Shown piece after piece: positions 17,601 through 26,467 of a DNA stretch of 32,646 nt. Each line of letters opens with the position of its first letter. Positions within the stretch are counted from its first letter, which is position 1. The stretch spans positions 64,001 through 96,646 of IMG/VR virus record IMGVR_UViG_3300037400_002787. The stretch is one strand, 5' to 3'. The translations under genes and the position numbers were made by a program. This stretch comes from a virus. Lineage: Duplodnaviria > Heunggongvirae > Uroviricota > Caudoviricetes. The notes under the pieces were generated by a model, which made no database searches, was not told the origin of the DNA, and saw nothing but the letters and a program-made list of their open reading frames with translations.

Positions 17601-19065
17601 ACAGGGACTAACTCTTGGAGCGAGACTTGCTCGGTTTGCACGTAAAAGCGGAACGTCAATAGGGACTATACGTGATGCCCTTCTTTCTGATGAGGAAGTT
17701 TCAGAGATAGAGCGTAAAGAAGCCGCCGGCGAAGATTTAGATGAGGGTACAAAAGAGAAGTGGGAACAGTACAAAAAAGGTGGAAAGTATAAAGCTCGAC
17801 AGGCCAAGCAAGAGGCGGAGAAAAAAAATGTAGAACAAAAGAAGCAGCAGGAAAAAGAAGAGAAGGAGATAGATGAAGAACTGACACGGCGATATGAAGG
17901 ACCCGGTGAACTGTCTGGTGAGATTTCTGGAGACAAGAAAACTCTCACAGATAGAGATATAGAGGTAATGAGAAAAGCCAACGCGAAATACGGGGCCTTG
18001 GAGAAAGGATTCTCTGCTAATGAAATTTCTCAGTTTGAGGAAAACGAACAAAAGAGGAAGGAAACCTTTAGTAAAATTGGCCTTGGCGATGAAGATCAGT
18101 ACGAAGAGTTCAAGAATATTGAAGATAGAGTATTAAAAGGAGAGGATGTAGAAAAAGGTGAACTAGACTTTTATACCAAGACAAAGGAAAAACTCGATAA
18201 GGCTACCGTAAGAGCCAAAGCTACAGAGTATAAACCGCTGAACGAGGAGTATGTGCTGACGGCCGAAGAGGCCGCTGCTCGAGAAGCAACTTCTAAAAGT
18301 ATCGAAATTGGAGAAAAAGCAGGCGCGGAAATGAGGTCTCGAGGAGACCTTAACAAGATGTCCGATTTGAATAGGATTGATGACTTTGTAAAGAAGGGAT
18401 GGTCAAAAAAGAAGATACAACAGAATTTTGGGAAGGATAGATTAGAAGAATATGAAGCCGCTGTAAAAGTCGGCACATATGAAGACCACGAAGCAAAGCG
18501 TCAGGAAAAGGCGAGGGACAAGTTTGAAAAAGAAAACCGTGCTAGTCTCAAAGCCACTGGAATGAGCGATGAGAGTATTGAGCAAGTAATGACACAGAAA
18601 ATGGACGAATACGATGCCGAAGTTGAAAGGAAGAGAAAAGCCAAAGCGGATAGAGAAGCCGCACAAATGGAAAGGGAAAGAAAGAACGGTATAGGTAGTT
18701 CTGGTTTCCCGATAGATGAAGATGGTGGAACAATTGGCAGCAGTGAAGATGCTACTAGGATAATGCAAGAAAAGGAAGCGGGAGTTGCTCAAGTTGTAGA
18801 CAAACTTGAAGAAGTCGGAAGCGCTGCTGAATTTGCTGCATCTACGGCCAAGAATGCGAATGGAGAACCCGCAAGGGGCGACAATGGTGTAACAATCAAT
18901 ATGGGAGGGCAGAATATAACGCAGAACATACAGGGGACATACCCGATGGATCAAGACGGGATGAAGAGAGGAACACTCCAGGGGGCTGAAGAAATTTGTG
19001 AAATGGCAGTCCAACATGTAACCGATGCAGTCAACTCGATTGTGAAATCCTCGGGCTCTTACTGA
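14635..19065 (+). CDS. Tape measure protein
   Basis: 1476 aa, mostly helical and charged, after the chaperones; Gly-zipper hydrophobic stretch (~16494-16630); TTG start with AGGGAG SD. Confidence 0.85.
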   Translation: MRNRGSSSETEVLKSVFSAKSLSRGISNISNLFNRVGETANTASGQYFASREASINRTYESLTAELSKNIGKIKGASGKNIDDQLKKFLGDVRASGGSNIKTSELNRLMGELSKGIGKSAASMTGIEGQLARELTQSIRTVKKEVKEEGLSGYKGKSLKESTQKADINQKIDDGRAELTRAVRGFSKTIGDPAIKKQVDQIRGTFHRRLNTATSVEDKKKAYEEALRGFNKVKASTTNEGDKEQVDKIVDSFSEFKKGLFGTKSNLWAARLRAGFDRTTTALGAATKVLIPLKKTFDVGNAIFQQVNNKFNQFARTQMRIAGERGAFGRIMRGAGMDYSSMMSALGTGRRAGMDDREVVNKMVSMQEQLARARWGEGPMIENLGKWGLTPFDENGNMKDFNRVMIDISNKFNTLGSEMERLQFLSMQGFRPEQMEYVKNYAKDAKAWAELKKHPERMGVLEQSRYLDESGLYAKVDAATKIELKRRQMLNQNAIDEGVWEGLKRSLHPENWFFEDWTARKKGVESAKSEIAMEGLRKELERAREELRKNNQGVNKLSGNILNLDPSQLMGLALQGGAAQADIDNRGEQSSVYALRKLYAKELGLEDLRRVEERNKVYNSAIGVGGGALGGAAVGAIIGSVIPILGTTIGAILGAALGGTAGGVGMYSQHIFDIAEDGVNKHIEKLKSLRGQPDEIRKYLDENKIYGLSPEVVESKEFDDDKVASRYIQSGYRSGLYMEAQSLTNKNIDISKAHNYTDDRFYKANKQAAELRGEELSRERTVEAIARMGTGDETIGIDSETAYNYITYGLDKSSQEYKTKRFNKIGQIRGRWQKEKKKFTEKELQKAAEEEVEQDFKNTISPNIIRAAEQYQGVSKDREGTWRHAIKQAGLREGAFANGGERAIESLRKQIKTIEEVGVSERNSEEYSGLKKVLEILTTYGSKENFLQSSPDIKKMVFGDGEIPFAYKSLEEQKAEINRMISVGDERKSEQGLTLGARLARFARKSGTSIGTIRDALLSDEEVSEIERKEAAGEDLDEGTKEKWEQYKKGGKYKARQAKQEAEKKNVEQKKQQEKEEKEIDEELTRRYEGPGELSGEISGDKKTLTDRDIEVMRKANAKYGALEKGFSANEISQFEENEQKRKETFSKIGLGDEDQYEEFKNIEDRVLKGEDVEKGELDFYTKTKEKLDKATVRAKATEYKPLNEEYVLTAEEAAAREATSKSIEIGEKAGAEMRSRGDLNKMSDLNRIDDFVKKGWSKKKIQQNFGKDRLEEYEAAVKVGTYEDHEAKRQEKARDKFEKENRASLKATGMSDESIEQVMTQKMDEYDAEVERKRKAKADREAAQMERERKNGIGSSGFPIDEDGGTIGSSEDATRIMQEKEAGVAQVVDKLEEVGSAAEFAASTAKNANGEPARGDNGVTINMGGQNITQNIQGTYPMDQDGMKRGTLQGAEEICEMAVQHVTDAVNSIVKSSGSY

Positions 19066-19105
19066 CCGAATGGGCATACAATAGACAGAAAGGAGATGTC
19101 GCAAA

Positions 19106-19534
19106 GTGGCGGACTTTGAAAAAGACAACTTGGGCGGCAATGAATCCAATGCCGTTTATATAGCAATAAGAGGGAAACGTTTCTTACAGATATTTCCGAC
19201 TAACTACGTACAGAAAAACCACTGCACGATGATAGGCTCTCCTTCGGAAAAAGGGGTAATACAGTTCGACAACAAGGTAATCCAGCCTACAACCGTTCAA
19301 TTCACGGGAATTGTCAAGTCGTCGCAAAAAGACGTTTTCACTGACATTCGGGCAACGATGAAGCAGATTCAGCTTGAAAACATAATTTGCCAGTTCAAGT
19401 CGAAGGCCGGGAGAATAGACAATATGATATTGGAATCTATTGAGGAGATAGGGGAGTCCAGCCGGTATGATGGAATTGAAATTAAGGTGACTATGCAGGA
19501 ATATCTGGAGCACAATGTTACCCAGCAAAGTTGA
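19106..19534 (+). CDS. Baseplate/tube-initiator-like protein
   Basis: First gene after the tape measure; GTG start with AAGGAG SD; SPSEKG..FDNKVIQP pattern of this family. Confidence 0.6.
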   Translation: MADFEKDNLGGNESNAVYIAIRGKRFLQIFPTNYVQKNHCTMIGSPSEKGVIQFDNKVIQPTTVQFTGIVKSSQKDVFTDIRATMKQIQLENIICQFKSKAGRIDNMILESIEEIGESSRYDGIEIKVTMQEYLEHNVTQQS

Positions 19535-19885
19535 TTGAAGATGACACAGAGATATATAGAGAATGTCGAAGATCAGACAGTTAATCTGTCAATAAACGGG
19601 ACTTCATTCGTGTTCCATTTCTTCTCTTTTAGAGACCTTATGTATGTTGACATTTCGCAGAATACCAATAGCATAGTTAGTGGTAAGAGGGTAATGGCTA
19701 ATCAGTGGCTTCTTCCAAACTATGTTGCGGAAGGAATAGGCAATCTTCGTTTCGAGACATACAAGGCGGATGGAGACGACTATGTTTGGTATGAAGAATT
19801 CAATACAAAATTCCGTCTTGTCTCATATACTGATGAAGAAATAAAGCATATGGAAGAGACTTTAGAGGAACAACTATCCAATTAG
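19535..19885 (+). CDS. Small baseplate (plug-like) protein
   Basis: 116 aa; DQTVNLSING..MYVDI..IVSG.RV pattern and synteny. Confidence 0.6.
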   Translation: MKMTQRYIENVEDQTVNLSINGTSFVFHFFSFRDLMYVDISQNTNSIVSGKRVMANQWLLPNYVAEGIGNLRFETYKADGDDYVWYEEFNTKFRLVSYTDEEIKHMEETLEEQLSN

Positions 19886-19892
19886 GGGTATA

Positions 19893-20849
19893 ATGGCAGG
19901 AGTACCAATATATTTTGGAAGAAGATACCGACTCTCTCTTCATATCCCTGGGCAAGAGCCCAAAGTATTTGAAGTCCAGGCTGGCTTGCCTGCAATGGAT
20001 ATAAAGTTTGATGTCACCTATGCAAGAGGGCAGACAGCAAGAGAAGGAACTATTTCTATACTAGGTTTGGGCTACAAGACCATTCACGAGTTCATAGCAT
20101 TGGCGGGAGAGACTAGGGGGTATGCAATGAGCCGCCTAATTAGGGTCAAACTTGAAGCGGGTTATTTCACCGCGGCGGGGATGGTTGAGATATTGAATGG
20201 ATTCGCATGGTATGCAACAGTCACTTCACCTCCTCAGATGTGGCTAAACATCAACGTTTCTGAGTATAATCCTCTTGGAGCAAGGAAAGTATCCTTGGGA
20301 ATTACAGAACCAATGACTATGCGAAATATTCTAGAAAAAGTAGCATCAAGGTTCACCGAAGTAGAGAATGATGGAGGGGAATCTGTTGCATTTGCCGTTG
20401 TGGATAAAACTCAGGATTTAATCGTAGACAATAGTCAAGATTTAATAGGCCCAATAGATTTTGGCGGCGATGTATCTCTTGCAGAAGCAATCCAAATACT
20501 TAACCAAAACTTGTCCGATGAGGTTATGGTGATTCTTCGTTCACGAAACATCGACAAGACAAGAGTAATAGAGTGTCTAGACAAGAACAAACGGAAAGCA
20601 GCCCGTGGAGAAGTTAGGGTAGATAAGGATAATGGTCTCCTTACTGTGACGGGAATTGATGTGGTAAACGGATGCGTTACGACCTTTCTAGATGGGAGGT
20701 GGGAAGACGAACTTTCTCATCTTATACTTCAGAGCGAACTAAATAAGCAGGCCAACGGGCGATACTACATAATAAAAAAACAGTATGTTGGGCATTTTAT
20801 GGGGCAGGAGTGGTATGTAAGATACTCCTGTTCGGCAAGGGAAAACTAA
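19893..20849 (+). CDS. Baseplate hub protein
   Basis: 318 aa; V.LEAGY..F.G..LTVTGI..L.SELN..ANG.YYI..W..C; directly upstream of the spike gene. Confidence 0.7.
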   Translation: MAGVPIYFGRRYRLSLHIPGQEPKVFEVQAGLPAMDIKFDVTYARGQTAREGTISILGLGYKTIHEFIALAGETRGYAMSRLIRVKLEAGYFTAAGMVEILNGFAWYATVTSPPQMWLNINVSEYNPLGARKVSLGITEPMTMRNILEKVASRFTEVENDGGESVAFAVVDKTQDLIVDNSQDLIGPIDFGGDVSLAEAIQILNQNLSDEVMVILRSRNIDKTRVIECLDKNKRKAARGEVRVDKDNGLLTVTGIDVVNGCVTTFLDGRWEDELSHLILQSELNKQANGRYYIIKKQYVGHFMGQEWYVRYSCSAREN

Positions 20850-20850
20850 T

Positions 20851-22605
20851 ATGAAAGAAGAAGAGGCTCCAATAACAGAAGCTGATTCCCTAAATGCAGC
20901 GCACGATTTACGGGCCGCACTTATAAATCATGACATCGGGATGCTACGCTCACTAGGTATATGCATACCGGTGTGTGTCTATTCCTATGATAGTAGTACA
21001 AACATTGTAACAGTAATGCCTTTGGTCAAACAGGCATATTATCAAGGGAAGTGGAACTACAAAAAAAACGAATGTATATTCAAAGTACCTGTAAGAAACA
21101 TTCAGCATGGCGGATTCACAATAAAAATGCCCATCTTTGTAGGAGATACTGGCTGGGTATTCTCAAGTGATAGGGATACAAAACTATTGAGGCAGGATGG
21201 GGCTCTGACAAACTCTGTGTTAGAAGGGAATCGGCAAACTGCTATCATAGAGAATGACTATCAACAAAAGCCGAACACTCCAACATTGCACTCCTTTGTT
21301 CATGGCTTCTTTATACCCGACAACTGGGGTTCATTTGAGACTAGGAGATACAAGGACAACCCCGACATAGCGGTAGGAGAGGGGCTATACATAGGCTCGT
21401 CGATCGACACGGACGACCAGAGGGACGATGTAAACGAAAAGAAGTTCCAGCACGGAGATGCCTACGAGAAGAAGACCACTTCCTCTCTCGTGCTTCTTTC
21501 AGGGGGCGGGGCTTCTCTCGCATCTTCATCTGACAAGGAGACAAACCAGAAAGCCCATGTTGTCGTAGACAGAAACAAGGTGGAGACGATGGCGGAAGAC
21601 CGAGCTCGGGAAAAGTCCTCCTCTCTTGTTCTCGACACCGACAACGGAATCACCATACGGCAGGACGACGAGGAGAATAGACGGCATTTCGTCTGCTCGG
21701 TGAACAATGGTTCTTTTCTGATGAGAATGCTTGAAGGAGACAAGATTATGAGCTTTAGTTTCATAGACGGAAAGCTCAATGTCTCGACAACGGACGAAGT
21801 GAACGTAAACTTTGGCGGCAACACCAATTTCAGATGTTCGGGAGATGTCAACGTCACCGGCGAGAAGAATATGAACGTCCATGTGCAGGGCGATATGAAT
21901 GCGATGGTATCCGGTGATGCACGAGTGACAACCCCAAATGCTAGGGTAGTGGCGGAGAAGACCGCCTCCGTGTCTGCGGAAACGATTTCCGCAACTGCAT
22001 TGAAGACAGCAAATGTCAATGCGGGAGAAACAGTTAATGTCGGCGCTGTAAAGACTACAAACATCAATGCTGGAGAGACGGTTAACCTCGCCGCTGGCAA
22101 GAAGATAAACGTGACCGCGCCAGAAGAAGTCACGATAGTCACGGCAAGCAAGACAACAGTGATGGCAAAGAAAAAGGCGGCACAAATCCTAGTTACGACT
22201 CTATCAAAAGATTCTACAATAGATGTTGTGGCAGAAGGAAAGAGTACAAAATTAAATGTGACAATGAAAGGCAAGGAGTCTCCGATAAGCATAACTACAG
22301 AGAAGGAGAAGTCTCCGATATCCATAGTTTCACAGGGTAACGAATCTTCAATCCAGATAGAATCACAAGGCAGTAAGTCGGACATCAAACTGTCTGCTGC
22401 GAACAATGTTAGCATTGAAGCGAAGAAGGATGCGGCCTTGACGGCAGGGGGGAACATTCAGGTTGCCGCCAAGGGAAAGGTTGAAGTGTCCGGTTCCAAG
22501 ATAATAGAAAACGGAACGGTTGAAATCAACGGAAAACTGTCCCTAAACAACCAGTCCTTCGGTATCGTAGAGCAAAACAAGGTCAAATACTGGATAGTCT
22601 CGTGA
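20851..22605 (+). CDS. Central spike (gp138/gpV-like OB-fold N-terminus) with extended beta-helix
   Basis: IPVCVYSYD..VTVMPLV..HGGFTI.MP..VGD.GWV..SDRD..GFFIPD; long C-terminal 8- and 11-residue beta-strand repeats. Confidence 0.8.
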   Translation: MKEEEAPITEADSLNAAHDLRAALINHDIGMLRSLGICIPVCVYSYDSSTNIVTVMPLVKQAYYQGKWNYKKNECIFKVPVRNIQHGGFTIKMPIFVGDTGWVFSSDRDTKLLRQDGALTNSVLEGNRQTAIIENDYQQKPNTPTLHSFVHGFFIPDNWGSFETRRYKDNPDIAVGEGLYIGSSIDTDDQRDDVNEKKFQHGDAYEKKTTSSLVLLSGGGASLASSSDKETNQKAHVVVDRNKVETMAEDRAREKSSSLVLDTDNGITIRQDDEENRRHFVCSVNNGSFLMRMLEGDKIMSFSFIDGKLNVSTTDEVNVNFGGNTNFRCSGDVNVTGEKNMNVHVQGDMNAMVSGDARVTTPNARVVAEKTASVSAETISATALKTANVNAGETVNVGAVKTTNINAGETVNLAAGKKINVTAPEEVTIVTASKTTVMAKKKAAQILVTTLSKDSTIDVVAEGKSTKLNVTMKGKESPISITTEKEKSPISIVSQGNESSIQIESQGSKSDIKLSAANNVSIEAKKDAALTAGGNIQVAAKGKVEVSGSKIIENGTVEINGKLSLNNQSFGIVEQNKVKYWIVS

Positions 22606-23882
22606 TTTCCAAATCGGCATACTATGAAGCGATGGACTACACAAATCTATATAGTTTTCTAACAAGTACGGGGGTGATTGTGCCGGATGACAAGTCTGTA
22701 CTCCTCGGTATACAGACAAAGTTTCAGGAGATATTCGGCACCGACATAGACCTTTCTGCCGAAACCCCAGTAGGCAGGCTCATCGAGGCCTTTGCCGTCG
22801 TTGTCAAGTCCACTCTAGGAGTTACCGCTCAGACGGCAAACCAGTTCAATGTGAATGAGGCAACGGGAATATATCTAGATGCCATAGCCCAGATTTACGA
22901 CCTCAAGAGAATCGCCGGCACGAAGACCAAGATAACAATCAAGTGTACGTTTTCCGACAACCCTAGCGGGACAAGTACAATCCCTGCGGGGGCTCTTGTC
23001 ATGTGTAGTAGCAATGGGGCTATTTTTAGGATTGATGCCGCAATACCAAACAACGGAGAAATAGACGACGATGGAAAGTATTATGCGATGGGTACGGCAA
23101 CGGCAATAAAGGCCGGCCCCATAGTAACCCCGATTGGCACCGTAGATTCCATCCAGACGGCGGTAATGGGGTGGGTTGGAGTCACTAATGTGGCCCCTAC
23201 ATATACAGGAACGGACATAGAGACCGATGAAGCCTTCCGCAAGAGGATTGTAGAGTCGAGACCAATAGGCGTCGGTTTCAACTCCCACCTCGTCTCGGCT
23301 TTGAACCGTCTCGATGGAGTGTACTCCAATTGTGTTCTCGAAAACAACACCGGAACTCCCATTGTAAAGAAGGACGTGATAATCCCGCCCCACTCCATTT
23401 TCGTGGCCGTGGACTGCATTGAGACAGAAGAACTTCTGCAAAGCATCGCATTAGAGGTGTCTCGGGCAAAGCCACTAGGCACCGGCATGGTGAATTCCAA
23501 TGTCAAAGGGGGTACCCTCTTTCAGAGGTCCGTGTCATATGGCTACAACAACGGCTACTCTCAGACTATTGATTTCTACAAGGCGGACAAGACGGCAATT
23601 CTCGTAGACCTAACCTATTCATATGGCAGTTACACTGGCGATAACATAGAAGGAGACATCGCCACAGTGATTGCGGAATACTTGTCCACTATTGGAGTTG
23701 GAGGCACTGTCTACGGTACGATGATAGCCAACAAGCTTATCAACAGTTTGAACATCGGAGTGGGGTCGGTGTGGCTTCAGAAATCTGGAAGCAAGCAGGC
23801 GGCAGATGCAGTAGTGGAGATGATGGGCTACGAAGTCCCATATTCACTTCCTGAACACATCACTAGCACCGAAGTGGGATGA
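22602..23882 (+). CDS. Baseplate J-like wedge protein (true start may be ATG 22632)
   Basis: TGVIVPD..FG..DLS.ETP.GRLIE..N.A.GIYLDAI..GW.GVTN..G.D.ETDEAFR.R typical of baseplate J-like proteins. Confidence 0.9.
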   Translation: MISKSAYYEAMDYTNLYSFLTSTGVIVPDDKSVLLGIQTKFQEIFGTDIDLSAETPVGRLIEAFAVVVKSTLGVTAQTANQFNVNEATGIYLDAIAQIYDLKRIAGTKTKITIKCTFSDNPSGTSTIPAGALVMCSSNGAIFRIDAAIPNNGEIDDDGKYYAMGTATAIKAGPIVTPIGTVDSIQTAVMGWVGVTNVAPTYTGTDIETDEAFRKRIVESRPIGVGFNSHLVSALNRLDGVYSNCVLENNTGTPIVKKDVIIPPHSIFVAVDCIETEELLQSIALEVSRAKPLGTGMVNSNVKGGTLFQRSVSYGYNNGYSQTIDFYKADKTAILVDLTYSYGSYTGDNIEGDIATVIAEYLSTIGVGGTVYGTMIANKLINSLNIGVGSVWLQKSGSKQAADAVVEMMGYEVPYSLPEHITSTEVG

Positions 23883-23898
23883 TTGAGGGGCGATTGCT

Positions 23899-25638
23899 AT
23901 GAAGATACATACCATAGACAATTCGCTCAATAACCTTGGCAAGACCGTGCTCTGGCAGTACGACCGTGCCTATAGGCTTCTTTCATTGCTAAAGCACATG
24001 CAGGTGTTGTATCACTGTGCCGTTGAACAGTTCTGGGATTTCTGGACTACGAAAGTCCTATCCATAGACACCTGCGGCAGTCTCGGTTGTTCGGTCTGGG
24101 GGTTGCTGCTTGGAGTCCCAAGACCGGTAATAGTAGAGAATGGTGAGGAAAGACTAATCGCAACTCCCGTGTATCGCAGGATTCTCAAGGGGGCTTTCTA
24201 TCTTATGAAAGCCAGCAGTTCCTTTGAGGACATTCTTGGCTATCTAGAGATTGTGTTCGGAATAGGTGGAGACGACAACCTATCGAAGTGGAGTGTCTAT
24301 GTAAGTGAGTATGGGTGGACTACGAATGTTGCGGAACTGAATGGGGAATACCAGCCAAAGGTTTCCTATCAGGCGGGTGATGTTGTATGGTACGAAAATG
24401 ACAATTACAATGGGAACTGGAAGTTCCGAAGCGACATAAGATATGTCATTAGGGGAGAGTGGACGGGAAAAGGCGAACCGCCCGAAACGATTGACATACC
24501 AGACCCCGAGAACCCGGGGCATACCATAACGGTACCCTTTGTCATAAACAATTCTTGGGATTCTATATCCGCCTATGTGGAAAGGACTACCGAGCGAGTA
24601 GCCACTCCCGACACCCTCATTCTGAAACTATACGACCCGGAGGGCATTTGCCGCAAGATAGGGGGAGCCCCGAACAACTCCCTGTCCATTTCCGTCTCCT
24701 ACGAGTTTGGCGACACAACGATAACCGCCGTTGCAACAAGACGGCGAAAGTGCGGTATTTCCTTGGTAGACAACAATGATATGTCTATGAACTATGGGAA
24801 GTCGGAGTTCTACGACGAGATGCATAAGGATCAGAAGTTCCTGTTTGAGCAGAAAGCCGAAGAATTCTGTCCATTCCCGCTTGGAGTGAAGACAAACGAG
24901 CCGGTAGGGAACTGGGTGTTCGGTCTAGAAGGACAGACTAATGAACTGTACCAAAGCGGAGTTGCCTACTCCAAAGGATACATCTTCGGGTATGAGGATG
25001 AAAACGGCGATGGGTGCAACTGGGTGTGTAAGGAAGACATCTCCGCAAAAGCGAACACTTCTTTTGATGCGATTCGGACAAGCATAGAGAAATCGGCAGA
25101 CGGAGCCCCATTCGTGGACGGTCTGGTAGAGGACATACCAGTATATGTTTCGGTTAGAAATAGAATAACCCTATCGGTTAAAGCCATGTCTCAGCAGAAT
25201 TCAGTGGCTACGATTATAAGCCCCTATTCTCTAGCAGAGGGGCTTGACAATGGCATATACAAGATATTCCGCAACACCTCTGACAAGTATCTCTTCGTTT
25301 GTCATAGTTCCCAGAGCGAATGGGCGGGCGGCAATCCTTATGCCGCCAATGCTAGTGATGTGATTTTCGTGGACGAGCCTACAGAAGAAAATGTAGCCAA
25401 GGGGATAGGCGAGATATGCAAGAGGAATGGTTTTCCCGTGGTAGGATACAACGAAGCAACCCATTTTATCCCGAGTGTTCAGTATTATCAAGGAATGGTG
25501 GTAAAGGTTGGAAATACTGAGCGTGTGGTCATACGTAGCGGTAGATGGGATAGCGAAAGTGATTTCCTCAAAAATTCTGTTCCGCAGAAGAAGACATGTC
25601 TGCACGAATACTATCCATATAAGGTTCTTTCACCATAA
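23899..25638 (+). CDS. DUF2612-like baseplate wedge protein with insertions and C-terminal extension
   Basis: LWQYD.A.RL.SL..FW..W..VLSIDT..G..VWG.LLG.PR..YRRILK, later LVDNNDMSMNY; contains three Tyr-rich CBM5/12-like motifs. Confidence 0.75.
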   Translation: MKIHTIDNSLNNLGKTVLWQYDRAYRLLSLLKHMQVLYHCAVEQFWDFWTTKVLSIDTCGSLGCSVWGLLLGVPRPVIVENGEERLIATPVYRRILKGAFYLMKASSSFEDILGYLEIVFGIGGDDNLSKWSVYVSEYGWTTNVAELNGEYQPKVSYQAGDVVWYENDNYNGNWKFRSDIRYVIRGEWTGKGEPPETIDIPDPENPGHTITVPFVINNSWDSISAYVERTTERVATPDTLILKLYDPEGICRKIGGAPNNSLSISVSYEFGDTTITAVATRRRKCGISLVDNNDMSMNYGKSEFYDEMHKDQKFLFEQKAEEFCPFPLGVKTNEPVGNWVFGLEGQTNELYQSGVAYSKGYIFGYEDENGDGCNWVCKEDISAKANTSFDAIRTSIEKSADGAPFVDGLVEDIPVYVSVRNRITLSVKAMSQQNSVATIISPYSLAEGLDNGIYKIFRNTSDKYLFVCHSSQSEWAGGNPYAANASDVIFVDEPTEENVAKGIGEICKRNGFPVVGYNEATHFIPSVQYYQGMVVKVGNTERVVIRSGRWDSESDFLKNSVPQKKTCLHEYYPYKVLSP

Positions 25639-25657
25639 ATGAAGGATTTTTTGACTT

Positions 25658-26467
25658 ATGGCAACTTCTGAAAAAATACCTTTTGTTAGCGTTCCTTTTG
25701 CCGACCAAGACCAGACCAAGGTCGCAGACCTAGATTTTCTAAAATCGGGCGTTACTTCTTCGATGCTGATACCCACCGAACAAGGAGGTAGGAAGTTTTC
25801 CAGAAGCATGCTAAACGGCATAGGATACTTTGCTACCCTCGGAGGATTTCTGGATAGAATCGGCTATCCATATGGAATAGAAAAAGACCGCGGTGCAGAT
25901 TTCAATGGCTATCCCAAGGGGGCTATTCTCATTTCCGAAGACGACGACTATGTTAGAGAGTATGTAAGTCAGGAGGACAACAACACGAATCCGCTTCCGC
26001 AAGAAGCGACAGATGGCACATACAAAGGGGACGAGCACTGGAAACCGACTCTCCCGCCCGTGGCGGACTTTTTCCCCGATTATTCCACATACACATCGAA
26101 GTTCTTTAAAGATGTTGTTGGAACGGGTACTGTTCAGTATACCATTGACGAAGATGGTTGGTATGAGTTTTCCGCCTCTTTCTCTGGGGGGGATTGGCCG
26201 GCGGAAGCAACATACAACAATATTCTTTATAGGGCTACCTGCTCGGTACTTCTGAATTCTTCCACAGAGATTTGTAAACTAGACGGAAGATTTTCTAGCA
26301 AGCTCACCGACGAAAGCCTTAATAACAGAGTATATCCCATCGTAATGTCCACCGTCCCCCTTAAGAAAGGAATGCTAGTTTCAATGAACTATAGGTTTTC
26401 TACGGAGCAGACAAGTGGATACGGTGTAAGACTCAGAGTAAAGCGTTGGGGGGCCTCTGTCCTATGA
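25658..26467 (+). CDS. Short tail-fibre-like protein
   Basis: N-terminal PFA..P..GG..R..LNGI..GYPKGAIL..YVS..DNN.NP..W matches the baseplate-attachment region of fibres in this family; short beta-rich C-terminus. Confidence 0.65.
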   Translation: MATSEKIPFVSVPFADQDQTKVADLDFLKSGVTSSMLIPTEQGGRKFSRSMLNGIGYFATLGGFLDRIGYPYGIEKDRGADFNGYPKGAILISEDDDYVREYVSQEDNNTNPLPQEATDGTYKGDEHWKPTLPPVADFFPDYSTYTSKFFKDVVGTGTVQYTIDEDGWYEFSASFSGGDWPAEATYNNILYRATCSVLLNSSTEICKLDGRFSSKLTDESLNNRVYPIVMSTVPLKKGMLVSMNYRFSTEQTSGYGVRLRVKRWGASVL

